Positions 9,771-20,149 of a stretch of DNA of 64,000 bases are shown piece by piece; the first letter of the stretch is position 1; every line of letters begins with the position of its first letter. This stretch comes from an uncultured Gemmatimonadaceae bacterium (GTDB taxonomy: Bacteria > Gemmatimonadota > Gemmatimonadetes > Gemmatimonadales > Gemmatimonadaceae). The position numbers and the translations under genes were made by a program. Where the stretch lies: the NCBI GenBank assembly GCA_963829055.1, contig CAWHHI010000008.1, positions 128,001 to 192,000 on the forward strand, given 5' to 3'. A model generated the notes under the pieces. It was given only the letters and a program-made list of their open reading frames with translations, did not search any database and had not been told where the DNA came from.

Positions 9771-9798
9771 TTGCATAGCTGCCGAAAAATCATATACT
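9771..9798 (+). promoter_or_regulatory. Candidate sigma70 promoter
   Basis: TTGCAT-N16-TATACT in an AT-rich divergent intergenic region. Confidence 0.45.
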
Positions 9799-9909
9799 TA
9801 CCGCCGTCCGCCGGTTACAATTCGGCGTGGGACGCTTAGCTGTCACGCGACCGGTCACTCCTCAATCATCTCGATGCCCTCTTCCCAACCGGATTCCGGG
9901 CACGTCTCT

Positions 9910-10578
9910 ATGTCGGAAAAAGCACCTGTAACCGAGTCGAAGCCGGATGGAGGTGACGCGCCGGCGGCACCAGCCGCCCCGCGCCGCAGTCCCGGGCATC
10001 GTGGGCAGGATGTACGGGACACCGTCGCCGAGATGGCCGCCCGCGCCCACGAGATCAGTCTCGAAGCCGGGAGCAAGATGGCCGCGGCCATGAAAGACGT
10101 GATCAACGCCGCCGCTGGGCTGACCGGATTCGCCATCGAAAGCGCGCGCGACCTCGTTCAATACATGGTTCGTCGCGGCCAAATGACGCAAGACGAGGCG
10201 GACAAGCTGATCCGCGAAGCCGAAGAGGCACACGGCAAGCGTAACCCCGGCGCCCCGCCGACGCGATCCAGCTATTCGAACCCCGATCATGGGAGCTCGA
10301 AACAGGCACCGAAGGTGGTCGAGAAGCCGGCGCCCGTCGCGGTTGCGGCACCGGTGGCGCCGCCCAATCCACCAGCCAAGGCGGTCGCTGCGGCGGCCCC
10401 AGCTCCGGTGGCCATTCCGGCTGCTGCCAAGGCGGCGCCACCCACCAAATCACCGGCCGCCAAGCCTCCCGCGGCAAAGAAGGTCGCCGCTGGAGCCAAG
10501 AAGGCCGCGCCGACAAAGGGTGCGGTAAAACGACCAGCAGTCGCCAAGGCCAGCGCGAAGCCCACCAAGAAGAAGTAG
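9910..10578 (+). CDS. Phasin-like (PhaF-type) protein with a histone-H1-like Ala/Lys/Pro-rich tail
   Basis: ARDLVQYMVRRGQMTQDEADKLI resembles the phasin-regulator motif; the C-terminus has AAKP/AAKK repeats. Confidence 0.6.
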   Translation: MSEKAPVTESKPDGGDAPAAPAAPRRSPGHRGQDVRDTVAEMAARAHEISLEAGSKMAAAMKDVINAAAGLTGFAIESARDLVQYMVRRGQMTQDEADKLIREAEEAHGKRNPGAPPTRSSYSNPDHGSSKQAPKVVEKPAPVAVAAPVAPPNPPAKAVAAAAPAPVAIPAAAKAAPPTKSPAAKPPAAKKVAAGAKKAAPTKGAVKRPAVAKASAKPTKKK

Positions 10579-10615
10579 CGACCAACCCCGTCCGCCAGCG
10601 CCGTCGTTGCCCGTG

Positions 10616-12479
10616 CTACTCCCGGGTGCGACGGCGCTTCAGCATTTCGAGCACATGAGCGCAGTTGATCAGCGCGATATGTGTGAACGCCTGCGGATGA
10701 TTGCCGAGGAACTCCCCCGTCGCAGGGTTGAGCTCTTCGCTGTAGAGACCAACGTGGTTCGCGTGCTTGAGCATCCGCTGAAAGATCCGCTCGGCGCGGT
10801 CGATCTCGCCGCACATCGCGAGGGCCTCCGCCAGCCAGAACGTGCAGATCGAGAACACGCCTTCCTCGCCGGGTAAGCCGTCGTCATTTCGGTAGCGATA
10901 GACGAGCTCCTGGTCCTCACTCGTCAGCTCACGAAGCGCGGCCATGACCGTGCCACGCACACGCGGGTGGTCACTTGGAAGAAAGTGAACCATCGGGATG
11001 ACCAGGTTCGAGGCGTCGAGCGCCTCGGTGCCGTAGTACTGCACGAAGCTCTGCTTCCGCTCGCTCCAACCCTTCTCCATCACCTCGGAATGAACGGCTG
11101 CCCGTTCGGCGGCCCATCGCGTTAGGTCCGCCGCGAGTCGGAAGCGGCGCGCGATCCGGATGCCACGGTCGAGGGCGACCCAGCACATCACCTTGCTGAA
11201 GACGTAGTGCTGCAGACCGGCACGCACCTCCCAGATCCCACTATCCGGGCGGCGCCAATTGTCCGCCACCCAATCGACGAGTCGTTGCAGCGTCACCCAC
11301 GTGCCCTCGGTGACTTCATTACGTCGGCTCCACAGGTACGCAGTCTCCAAGACCTCGCCGTAGACGTCGAGCTGCAGCTGGTCGTACGCGCCGTTGCCGA
11401 CCCGCACAGGTCTCGACCCGCGATAGCCCTCCAGAATGATCGAGCGTGCGCTCCGTGAGATGACGCCGACCGTCTATCCCGTACATGATCTGCAGGTGCG
11501 TGTCGTCATCGGTCTTGCGACACACGCGCTTCAGAAACCGCATGAAGCGATCAGCCTCCTCGAAATGGCCGAGGATGTTGAGCGAATACAGGACGAATGC
11601 GGAATCGCGCAGCCAGCTGTAGCGGTAGTCCCAGTTTCGCATCCCGCCTATCTGCTCGGGCAAGGACGTCGTCGGCGCGGCGACAATGGCACCCGTCGGT
11701 TGAAAGCACATGAGCTTCAGCGCGAGCGCCGACCTCTCGACTACGGAGCGATAGCGCCCGGTGTACTGAATACGCGCGGTCCACCCGTCCCAGAACGCGA
11801 TCGTGTCCTTGAGCTTCGTATCCGACTGGTAGTGGTCGATCGGACGCACGTCGTCGTCGTCATATCGCGCAACGAACCACGCCTGTTCGCCTTCGCGGAG
11901 CTTGATCGCCGCGATCGCCACGCCGCCATCGAACCGCCACCAGATGTCACGCGGTCCGGCAAGCGTCAGCACATCATCCTGCGCATCCGTCGCCAGCACG
12001 CCATGAGCTCGCGGCTGTAGACGAACCATCGGTTCGCCATAGTCGAAGCGTGGTGCGAATCGCACGATCATTTCCGCTTCGCCGCGAGTGCAGCGAACAC
12101 TCCGATGAATCTCGGGAAAGTCGCCGCGGTGACCGGACGTCGTGATCGGCATGAAGTCCGTCAGCTCTACGACTCCGCCGGCGTCCAGGTTGAACGTCGT
12201 GATCAGGACGTTCGTCGCGGGCGAGTACCGCTGCTCGGACGTGTGCGCAACGGCAGGCGCAATTGCGAAACTGCCGCCTCGGGTGGCATCGAGGATGGAC
12301 GCGAACACCGACGCAGAATCGAAGTGGGGGAAACAGCACCAGTCGATGGAGCCGTTGAGGCCCACGAGCGCCGCCGTGTGCAGGTCCCCAATCAGCGCGT
12401 ACGACGAGATGGGACGGTAGTCCCGATATTCGCTCAGCCGCCACGGCTGCGGCGTTTCGTGCCAGACTCGCGTCGTCAT
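10616..12479 (-). CDS. Glycoside hydrolase family 15 (trehalase-like), frameshift near 11435
   Basis: YALIGD, GSIDW, TTSLPE...RNWDYRYSWLRD, QLDVYGE, GIWE, and YSEE...GNHPQAFTH motifs. Confidence 0.9.
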
Positions 12480-13291
12480 CGGTCGCGGTTGATGTCGTGT
12501 GCGATATGCTCGAGCAGCGCGTGCAATTGTTCGGGAGTAGGAAGACTGAACTCTGCGGCGGTGTTCGCGTGATCTCCAACGTGAATTGTGACGGCATGCG
12601 GGAGCTCAGCACGAAGCAGCCGAAACGCATCTTCGTCGGTCGCGTCGTCGCCAGCGAAGAGCAACGACGCATCGGCGTTGAACCCACCGAGCTGCTCGGC
12701 GAGCTGTCGAATCGCGGTTCCCTTGTCGACGTCCACCGGCGGACGAATCTCGAGAGCCTTCTTCCCTTCCCGCACTAGAAGATCGTTGCGCACAGCAACG
12801 TCACCAACAATGGCTCGCAAACGCGGCACGATTGCTTCATCGACGAGCCGGTAGTGTACCGTGACCGTCCATTGCTTGTTCTCGAGCACGGCGCCGTCGA
12901 GCGATGCGAGCGCTGGCTCGAGCGCACCCACGACTCGCTTCATCGAATCCGCATAACGTGCGACAGCTGGATCGACGGTCGTATGCCCGCTCGGGTCCAT
13001 CACCTCTGCGCCATGGTTCCCGATCGTCCACAGATTCGCGACGCCGACGACATCCTGTGCGTCGCGTGCGGCGCGCCCAGATACGAGCGCGACGGACACT
13101 CCAGGTTGCGTTGCCAGCGACGCGAGCACCCGACGCGTCCCGTCCGGCACGCGAGCGAGTGATGGACGCTGTGCTATGGGCGCGAGCGTTCCGTCGACGT
13201 CCAGCATCAAGAGCAGCGGCCGGCCCGCGAGCCGTGCGGCGGGAATCGGATTGTCCGGATCCACCTCCTGGGAGCCAGCGGCTACGCTCAT
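12476..13291 (-). CDS. otsB: Trehalose-6-phosphate phosphatase
   Basis: DVDGTL, VSGR, GNHGAE, KALEIRP...DKG and GDDATDEDAF motifs. Confidence 0.93.
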   Translation of the reverse strand: MSVAAGSQEVDPDNPIPAARLAGRPLLLMLDVDGTLAPIAQRPSLARVPDGTRRVLASLATQPGVSVALVSGRAARDAQDVVGVANLWTIGNHGAEVMDPSGHTTVDPAVARYADSMKRVVGALEPALASLDGAVLENKQWTVTVHYRLVDEAIVPRLRAIVGDVAVRNDLLVREGKKALEIRPPVDVDKGTAIRQLAEQLGGFNADASLLFAGDDATDEDAFRLLRAELPHAVTIHVGDHANTAAEFSLPTPEQLHALLEHIAHDINRDR

Positions 13292-14877
13292 GGAAGCGCG
13301 TCTCCCCAGAGTGATGTATCGCGGGCCGCGTCCGTGCCGGCGCGTGCCCCCGCGTCATCGTGCGTGCCGTTCGCGAGCGCGCGACGCTCGCGGTTGGCGG
13401 ACGCCTGAGTGGTGGCATCCATCAGATCCGCGCAACGCGCGAGAATGGCCTCGAGCCAGTCGAAGATCGTCGACCGATGCAGTTGCGCGCGCATTACGCG
13501 CATGCGACGTGTTCGCTCTTCCATGTCCATCTCGAGCGCGGTGCGAATACCGTCCGCGAAGCCGCCGACGTTGAACGGGTTGATGAGCACCGCTTCATCG
13601 ATCTCTTCCGCTGCGCCTGTGAACCGGCTCAGCACGAGAACCCCGTGTTCGTCTACCTGGCAGGCGACGAATTCCTTCGCCACGAGGTTCATCCCGTCCT
13701 GGAGCGATGACACGAGACAGAGATCGGCGGCGCGGTAGATCGCCGCGAGCAACTCTGCGTGTACGTTCTCGTGGACGAGGACGATCGGCTCCCAGTCCTG
13801 CGTGCCGTAGCGGCTGTTGATGTCGCGAACCGTCGCCAACATCTCATTCTCGAGATTCTTGTACGGCGCCAATTCCGTACGCGAAGGTGTGGCGACGACG
13901 ATCATGGTGAATCGCTCCCGCAACTCCGGCGATTCCTGCCAGAGCCGATCGAGCGCGCGCAGTCGTTCGGGAATGCCCTTCGTGTAGTCCACGCGGTCGA
14001 CGCTGACACCGAGTGCACGACCACCGCGCGCGTAGCGTTGGCGCAGCGCGCTCGCTCGGGCATCGCTCTCCTCACTGAGTGCGAGGCGCTCGAACGACTC
14101 CACGTCAATGCTGATGGGAAACGAGCCGAGCACTACCTGTCGACCGTCGACCGATACGCGCAGCGATTCACCGCGGACCTGCGCCTCGGGCACGAACTCG
14201 CGCACGCAATTCAGAAAATTGTGGGCGTAGCGGTCGGTGTGAAACTCGATGAGGTCATTGCCGAGGAGCCCTCGCAAGAGCGCCGCCGGAACACCCGTCG
14301 GTAGGAGCCGCAACATGTCCGGCGGCGGAAACGGGATGTGCCAGAAATGATGAATGAAAATGTCAGGTGCGAGACGCCTGATCTCCGCGGGGACGAGCGC
14401 GAAATGATAGTCCTGCACCCAGACCTGCGGCGTGGACTTCGCTCGGAGCGACTCCTCGTAGACCGCTTTCGCGAAACGCGCATTGATCTGCTGATAGCAC
14501 TCCCAATGCTCGCGATGAAACTCGAAATGCTGGATGAGCAGGTGGCACAGCGGCCACAACGCAGTGTTCGCGAACCCCAGGTAATACCCCTCGATGTCGT
14601 CCTCACTGAGCCAGACACGACGAAGCGTGTACCTTGGCTCGAAGGGTGGGACACCAAGGCGGCCGACTTCGTCGGCAGTTTCGCGGTCGGCAGAGCCTGA
14701 GCCCCACGCGACCCACGTTCCACTCATGCGTCGCATGGTTGGATCGAGCGCGGATACGAGTCCGCCGGGCGGTTGGCGCACGTGAACACCCTCGGAACCA
14801 GCGAGGTGCTCATACGGCTCGCGGTTCGAGAGCAGAATCAACGTGCGGCCGTCGAGGTAACTGGTGACGTCCGTCAT
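13288..14877 (-). CDS. otsA: Trehalose-6-phosphate synthase (GT20)
   Basis: SNREP, GGLVSAL, WVQDYH, HIPFP, VDRVDYTKGI and DGMNLVAKE motifs; ATG at 14877. Confidence 0.95.
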   Translation of the reverse strand: MTDVTSYLDGRTLILLSNREPYEHLAGSEGVHVRQPPGGLVSALDPTMRRMSGTWVAWGSGSADRETADEVGRLGVPPFEPRYTLRRVWLSEDDIEGYYLGFANTALWPLCHLLIQHFEFHREHWECYQQINARFAKAVYEESLRAKSTPQVWVQDYHFALVPAEIRRLAPDIFIHHFWHIPFPPPDMLRLLPTGVPAALLRGLLGNDLIEFHTDRYAHNFLNCVREFVPEAQVRGESLRVSVDGRQVVLGSFPISIDVESFERLALSEESDARASALRQRYARGGRALGVSVDRVDYTKGIPERLRALDRLWQESPELRERFTMIVVATPSRTELAPYKNLENEMLATVRDINSRYGTQDWEPIVLVHENVHAELLAAIYRAADLCLVSSLQDGMNLVAKEFVACQVDEHGVLVLSRFTGAAEEIDEAVLINPFNVGGFADGIRTALEMDMEERTRRMRVMRAQLHRSTIFDWLEAILARCADLMDATTQASANRERRALANGTHDDAGARAGTDAARDTSLWGDALP

Positions 14878-15223
14878 GGCGCGATCCTCTGTGGCAACAG
14901 CCGTGCGAGCGCAGCGCTGAATTCTCATCGGGGACGCTCGAACTCTGACCGTCGCGTCATGAGCGGCAACGAGCACCTGAGTCATCACAGACCGATCGTG
15001 CGCGGCGACACGCTCGCGCGCGCGGCGTCCGGTCCGTACCGCACGAGCGGCGCCGAGCGACACACGGCGCCAAATCGCGGTGCGACATGATACAACCTCT
15101 GAAACGACCGGACCGCACTGTTAGAGCACGATCCCCCCGCATGAAAGCTCGGGCTCGCTTACCCTGGCGACATGACTGCCTGGTTGTGCGCCCCATGGCC
15201 GGGCGGCGTGCGGACACCACCGG

Positions 15224-15691
15224 GTGATCGTACCTGACGGCGTGGCCGATACTATCGAACGGAGCGGGTGTGGTAATTCTCGAATCAACGGAGTCAGTGA
15301 TGACGAGTTCTGGCGGTTTCCCGCGTCGCCGCGTGTGCAGGGTGTCCGCGATCGCTCTCGTGGCCGCGCCTTCCTTGCTCGGCGCACAGGCCGCCATCAG
15401 AACGAACCGTGGTACGCGATCACGAGCGAAGACGCGGGGGTCGCGGGCGACACGAGACAAGGGACAGGCGCGTCAGCGCCGCAACCTGGATTCGCTCGCA
15501 TTATCGACGTCAGCGATCCGAGCCATCCCGAAGAGGTCGCGCGCTAGGGTCGCGAGATCGCACGGTTCTCGGCGGCTGACGGGGGCACGGGCATGCCTAA
15601 CGTGGTCGCCGTCCAGCCGGTCCGCGGGATGGTGCTTGCGGCGGATCGCACGAACGGACTCTGGATGCTCCGGATGTCAGCTAAGGAGTAG
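15224..15691 (+). pseudogene. Degraded remnant of an LVIVD-repeat (beta-propeller) gene
   Basis: ARIIDVSDPSHPEEVAR ends in a stop at 15547. Further downstream (15593-15691) PNVVAVQPVRGMVLAADRTNGLWMLR* resembles the usual C-terminus of these proteins. Confidence 0.5.
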
Positions 15692-18050
15692 GCCTGATCT
15701 TCTCGAACGTCTGGTTGCCGATCGGATACAAGCGCCAGTCCTGGTAGTCGAAGTGCCACCACTCCGCGTCATAGACGCGGAAGCCCTCGGCTTCCATGGC
15801 CCGGCGGAGTAGCTCGCGGTTGTAGCGTTGCAGCGAAGTACCGCCCGGGTAATCCGGGTAGGCGCGCGCCGAGAACTCGTCGTAGCCGCTCACCATTTCG
15901 AGCTCGCGACCCGTTCGACGGTCGTACACCGTCAAGTCGACGGCCGCACCGCGATTGTGCCGCGATCCCTGCGATGGATCGGCGACGAACACCTTGCCAC
16001 TCTCGGGCGTCGCGTCCCAGAACATCCGCGTGACGTACCAGGGGCGGTACCCATCGTGGATCAGCAACCCCAACCCCACTCGCCCGAGCGCGCGGTGGGC
16101 GCGAACCAACGCCTCGGCGGCCGGACGCTGCAGGAACGCGCGTGCCTGCTGGTACATCGGTGTCGCCAGGAAGTTGTTCGTGCCCGCGTATCGAATGTCG
16201 AGCCGGATCGTGGAATCGAGAGTCACAAGCTCGACGAGATCCGAGGGACGATGAGTGTTCGGCTCGACCGGCGGCGTGGCGGCCAGTGCTTCGGCGCGCA
16301 GCTCGTTGAGCGGCCGCACCGGCTGCAGACGGAACGTTCGGCCGTCCTCGCCGTCGATCGGGCGTCGGGGAAACTTGACCGCCCCAACCATGACTTCAGT
16401 GGCGTAGCCATCCGCCCGCCGCTTGAACGTGAGGCGCTCACCGTCGTAGAGGCCGGAGGCCGGGAAGGCAAACGAGTCTCGCGCCGATTCCGTGAGCGGA
16501 TAGTCGAAGAACCACTCGATGAGCGCGTGCAACTGGCCATCGCGCTCCACGATGTAGAGTGTGTTGTAGTCCCAGCCATACTCGCCGATCAGACCGCGCC
16601 ACCGAACGGGCGGAGCGTCTGGGCGCGTCCTCGTCATCCGGGATAGCGTGTCATCACCAACGATCAGTTTCTGGCCGACGAGGCGAACGCGCGGCCCGTA
16701 GGAGAGCTCATCGTCGGCGACCAGCGTATCGCCGGCCAGCACGCGTAGGCGACTGCGAAGCATCCCGCTCGCCCGCGTTAGGTGGACGAGCGAGTCACGC
16801 GCGGTCACATCGACGCGGTGGCTGCCCGTGCCGTAGCTGCCGTCGAGCCGACGAGCGAGATCGAGCGGTACCGGCGATGTGACCACGGGCTCGGGGAGCG
16901 CTACGCCCGCGAGATTCGCCACCAGCAGGCGTAGCGCGATATCGGCAATATGAGTCGCGACCGCGTTCGCTCCGTCTTTCGTGATCGCGACGGCCACCCC
17001 GAGCTTGTCATCGGGGAGCGCGGCAAGCTCGGTCGCGAACCCGTAGATGGCACCGCTGTGTCGTACCGCACGGTGGCCGTCGAGTGACCCCACGTCGAAA
17101 CCCAGCCCAAAGCCCGTCCGTGCACCGTTGCTCGCGAACTGCGGGTGCCACATCTCGTCGAGCGACTGCTCGCTGAGCACGCGTCCACCCTGCGCGTTGC
17201 CGCGCGCGAACAACACGCTCATGAACCGCGCGAGATCGGTGACGGTCGAGTACATACTTCCGGCCGGCGCCATGCCGAGCTCGAAGCGCGGCGCGGTGAA
17301 TGTCCGCCCGTCGAGCGTCCACATTGCGCCCGAGGCGCGCCGCGCGTCGAACGCGGGCTTTGGCTCGAACGCGCTCTCATCGAGACCCATCGGGCTCAAC
17401 ACCGAGCGCGCGAGATAGTCCTGGAACCGCTGTCCGCCGACGGTCTGCACTACGAGGCCGGCGACGGCGATTCCCGCGTTCGAGTACTTCGACCGGGCGC
17501 GCGGGTCGTACACGAGACGGGTCTGGTTCAGGCTTCGCACAGTCTCGTCGAGTGGCGGCGTCGTGCTATCGAAGTAGTGGCCTGCTGGAGGCTCGCGCAC
17601 CAATCCCGCGCGGTGGGACATCAATTCGCGAAGGGTGATCGATGTGGCGCCCTTGCCGCCGGGCGCGAACGTCGAGAGGTATCGATTCACCGGCGCGTCC
17701 AGGTCGAGCGCTTTACGCTCGACGAGTTGCATGGCAGCGATGTCCGTGAACAGCTTCGACACTGAACCGACGCGGTACACGGTTCGTGCGGTGGCGCGCG
17801 AGCTGTCCGTAGGGTTCGCGATCCCGAACCCGCGCGCCCAGATCACCGTTTGATCGTTCACGAGGGCGATCGAGAGCGCGGGAAGATTCTTGTCGGCCAT
17901 CTCGTGCGCGATGAACCGTTCGAGCACCTGAACCGCGGCCGCATAACGCGGCGGCGGAGGGACCGAGTCGGACGGGGCCTGCGCGGAGGAGCCGGCTGTG
18001 GTAACGGCGACCAGTACGGTCGCGGACCAGATGCGACGCATCGTCATCAT
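15681..18050 (-). CDS. Secreted fusion: serine hydrolase (beta-lactamase class C/AmpH family) + D-Ala-D-Ala dipeptidase (VanX/DdpX, M15D)
   Basis: Signal peptide; SVSK, YSN and HSG motifs; C-terminal DGYRP, SRHNRGAAVD and EWWHF motifs. Confidence 0.92.
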   Translation of the reverse strand: MMTMRRIWSATVLVAVTTAGSSAQAPSDSVPPPPRYAAAVQVLERFIAHEMADKNLPALSIALVNDQTVIWARGFGIANPTDSSRATARTVYRVGSVSKLFTDIAAMQLVERKALDLDAPVNRYLSTFAPGGKGATSITLRELMSHRAGLVREPPAGHYFDSTTPPLDETVRSLNQTRLVYDPRARSKYSNAGIAVAGLVVQTVGGQRFQDYLARSVLSPMGLDESAFEPKPAFDARRASGAMWTLDGRTFTAPRFELGMAPAGSMYSTVTDLARFMSVLFARGNAQGGRVLSEQSLDEMWHPQFASNGARTGFGLGFDVGSLDGHRAVRHSGAIYGFATELAALPDDKLGVAVAITKDGANAVATHIADIALRLLVANLAGVALPEPVVTSPVPLDLARRLDGSYGTGSHRVDVTARDSLVHLTRASGMLRSRLRVLAGDTLVADDELSYGPRVRLVGQKLIVGDDTLSRMTRTRPDAPPVRWRGLIGEYGWDYNTLYIVERDGQLHALIEWFFDYPLTESARDSFAFPASGLYDGERLTFKRRADGYATEVMVGAVKFPRRPIDGEDGRTFRLQPVRPLNELRAEALAATPPVEPNTHRPSDLVELVTLDSTIRLDIRYAGTNNFLATPMYQQARAFLQRPAAEALVRAHRALGRVGLGLLIHDGYRPWYVTRMFWDATPESGKVFVADPSQGSRHNRGAAVDLTVYDRRTGRELEMVSGYDEFSARAYPDYPGGTSLQRYNRELLRRAMEAEGFRVYDAEWWHFDYQDWRLYPIGNQTFEKIRPTP

Positions 18051-18721
18051 TGAATCGGCTTCCTCGGCGGGGGCGGTCCAGCGCTGCCAGTGTAGCGCGG
18101 TGCCGGCCCAGTCACCAGGACGCGGCTGTCACACAGCGTTTCCAGGTCTTCGATCGTGTCGACATCTCGCGGCGCCGCCCACTCCAGCGGCGCCTCAGCC
18201 ACGCGTGCCGGATCGCGCGCGACGACGGCTCTCGCGCCGACGTCACCGTCGAGTGCGAGCAACTCCGGGAACACGTCCGCGGCGAACAGCGTCGGGTGCG
18301 CCGGAGCAGTCCAATCAGCATAACGCGGAACGACGATGGACGACCTCGAGGTCTGCCATCGCGACGTAACCCTGCGGTAGGCTTCGGGCCGCATATCGGG
18401 CTGGTCACCGAGCCCGATAATCACGGCGTCAGCGTCTCGCTCGAGGGCGGCCACCCCACACCGCAGCGACACTGCCATTCCATTCGCGAAATCCGGCTCG
18501 TGAACAATCCGAACGGATAAGCCGTCGAGCGCTCTCTGTATGGGCACGCCGTGGGCGCCTGTCACGACGACGACTTCACCGACATCGGCGTCGACGGCTG
18601 CGGCCACGGCGAGACGAACGAGGGGAACGCCGTCGACCATTGCGAGCAGCTTGTGTGCCCCTGCGGTCCCGAATCGACTGGACCGTCCCGCGGCCAGCAC
18701 GAGCACCCCGACGCGTGGCAT
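18047..18721 (-). CDS. Molybdenum cofactor cytidylyltransferase (MocA-like nucleotidyltransferase)
   Basis: LAAGRSSRFG...KLL, GMAVSL, LGDQP, HPTLF, GDVGAR and DVDT motifs. Confidence 0.88.
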   Translation of the reverse strand: MPRVGVLVLAAGRSSRFGTAGAHKLLAMVDGVPLVRLAVAAAVDADVGEVVVVTGAHGVPIQRALDGLSVRIVHEPDFANGMAVSLRCGVAALERDADAVIIGLGDQPDMRPEAYRRVTSRWQTSRSSIVVPRYADWTAPAHPTLFAADVFPELLALDGDVGARAVVARDPARVAEAPLEWAAPRDVDTIEDLETLCDSRVLVTGPAPRYTGSAGPPPPRKPIQ

Positions 18722-18728
18722 CGAACGC

Positions 18729-19106
18729 CTAACGCGCCCTGGTGTAGCGAAGCAACCCGGTGTGAAGCACCGTCAGCGGCAACCGAACGCAGGCCATGCG
18801 CGAGGCAGGAATCTCCGACTTGAGCTGGGTGATCAACTCGGGAACACTCAACGTTTCCACGTCCTCGAGCGGCGCCCCGCGCACCAGCTCTGTGAGCATC
18901 GACGACGCCGCAATACAGATCGCGCACGCGTTCGCGGTGAACCGCGCCTCGATGACGATGTCGCCGTCCAACGCGAGGTCGATGCGCACGCGATCGCCGC
19001 ACAGTGGATTCGTGCCCTCCTGAGACACTGTCGGCGCCGGAAGCGCCCCGCGATTGCGCGGGTTCTTGAAGTGTTCGAGGATGGTCGCGCTGTAGGGACC
19101 AGCCAC
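18729..19106 (-). CDS. IscU/SufU-like Fe-S scaffold or sulfur-transfer protein
   Basis: YS..ILEHFKNPRN, NPLCGD, CAICIAASS and R..C motifs. Confidence 0.88.
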   Translation of the reverse strand: MAGPYSATILEHFKNPRNRGALPAPTVSQEGTNPLCGDRVRIDLALDGDIVIEARFTANACAICIAASSMLTELVRGAPLEDVETLSVPELITQLKSEIPASRMACVRLPLTVLHTGLLRYTRAR

Positions 19107-19108
19107 CG

Positions 19109-20149
19109 TTACTCCACCGCCCCGCGCTCCGTAGCGGCTCGATACGCCGGGAGCCTGAATGCCATGTCGCGCGTGAGGAACCCGCCGTGGCCCAGTCCCG
19201 CGAGTGAGGCGCTACTCAGCTGCTCGCCAGTCAGGAGCCGGGCGATGACGAGATCGAAGACCGTAGCCTGAGCGAACAAGCCACACGTGGGCATGCCGAC
19301 AACGGCGATGCCATTCCAGTCGGCGATCCACAGCAGGCTGCCGGGATGCGCCGGCACCCCGTGTCGAACCATGCGAGCACCGAGTCGTTCGAGCGCCGCG
19401 AACGTTGGATCCAGGACGTCCATCGCCTTCGTCCCTGCAACGAGCGCGATCTGTGCGCCAGCCTCTGAGACCGCCTCGAACGAGCGAACGATCCCGTCCA
19501 CCGACGGCGGCGTGACCTCGACCGCGCACAGCGATGATCCGAACCACCGCACCTTCTCGGCCACGGCCGTCCGGAATCGTGCGACCGCGCGGTCGCCCAT
19601 CGACTCGTGGACGACGGCGCCGATGCGATGCGAAACGAACGGCCTAACGCGAATCGCGCCGCCTGCGTCCGCCGAGATCGCCTCGACCTCGGCGAGTACG
19701 CGGGCTGTGACGGCGAACGGAATGATCTTCGTGCGCGCCACCACCTCACCCGCATCCACGACCTGGTGGTCGTAGAGCGAGTAAACGCACGGCCCCTCGA
19801 GCGAGTTGATGCGATCGAGTGCCGCCGGATCCACTGACAGCAGCCCCCGCACCGTCGCGACCAGAGGCCAGTGACCGCCCGCCGGATCTCGCTGGCCAAC
19901 ACCGTCTCCCGCGACGGCGCGCGCGATCCGATCGCCGGCGTCGTCCTCGTGGACATCGCCGTCATCCAGCGCGAGCAGGTGGAGCTCCGACCAGTCGAGC
20001 GTGAGCGCGCGCGCGGAATCCTCGTCGTCGAGCACCCGACCCTTCGCGATCGCGACTCGCCCGTCATCCCCCCGAAGCTCGTGACAGAGCACACGCCCAT
20101 TCAGGTCTGACTTCTGCGCCGACGGTCGTTCGACACGAATAGCGCGCAT
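19109..20149 (-). CDS. Molybdopterin-binding (MoeA/MoCF-biosynthesis-like) protein
   Basis: VHEDDAG, D.LDPT and GVPAHPGSLLW...GMPTC motifs of the MoeA-like family; lies in a Moco operon. Confidence 0.75.
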   Translation of the reverse strand: MRAIRVERPSAQKSDLNGRVLCHELRGDDGRVAIAKGRVLDDEDSARALTLDWSELHLLALDDGDVHEDDAGDRIARAVAGDGVGQRDPAGGHWPLVATVRGLLSVDPAALDRINSLEGPCVYSLYDHQVVDAGEVVARTKIIPFAVTARVLAEVEAISADAGGAIRVRPFVSHRIGAVVHESMGDRAVARFRTAVAEKVRWFGSSLCAVEVTPPSVDGIVRSFEAVSEAGAQIALVAGTKAMDVLDPTFAALERLGARMVRHGVPAHPGSLLWIADWNGIAVVGMPTCGLFAQATVFDLVIARLLTGEQLSSASLAGLGHGGFLTRDMAFRLPAYRAATERGAVE

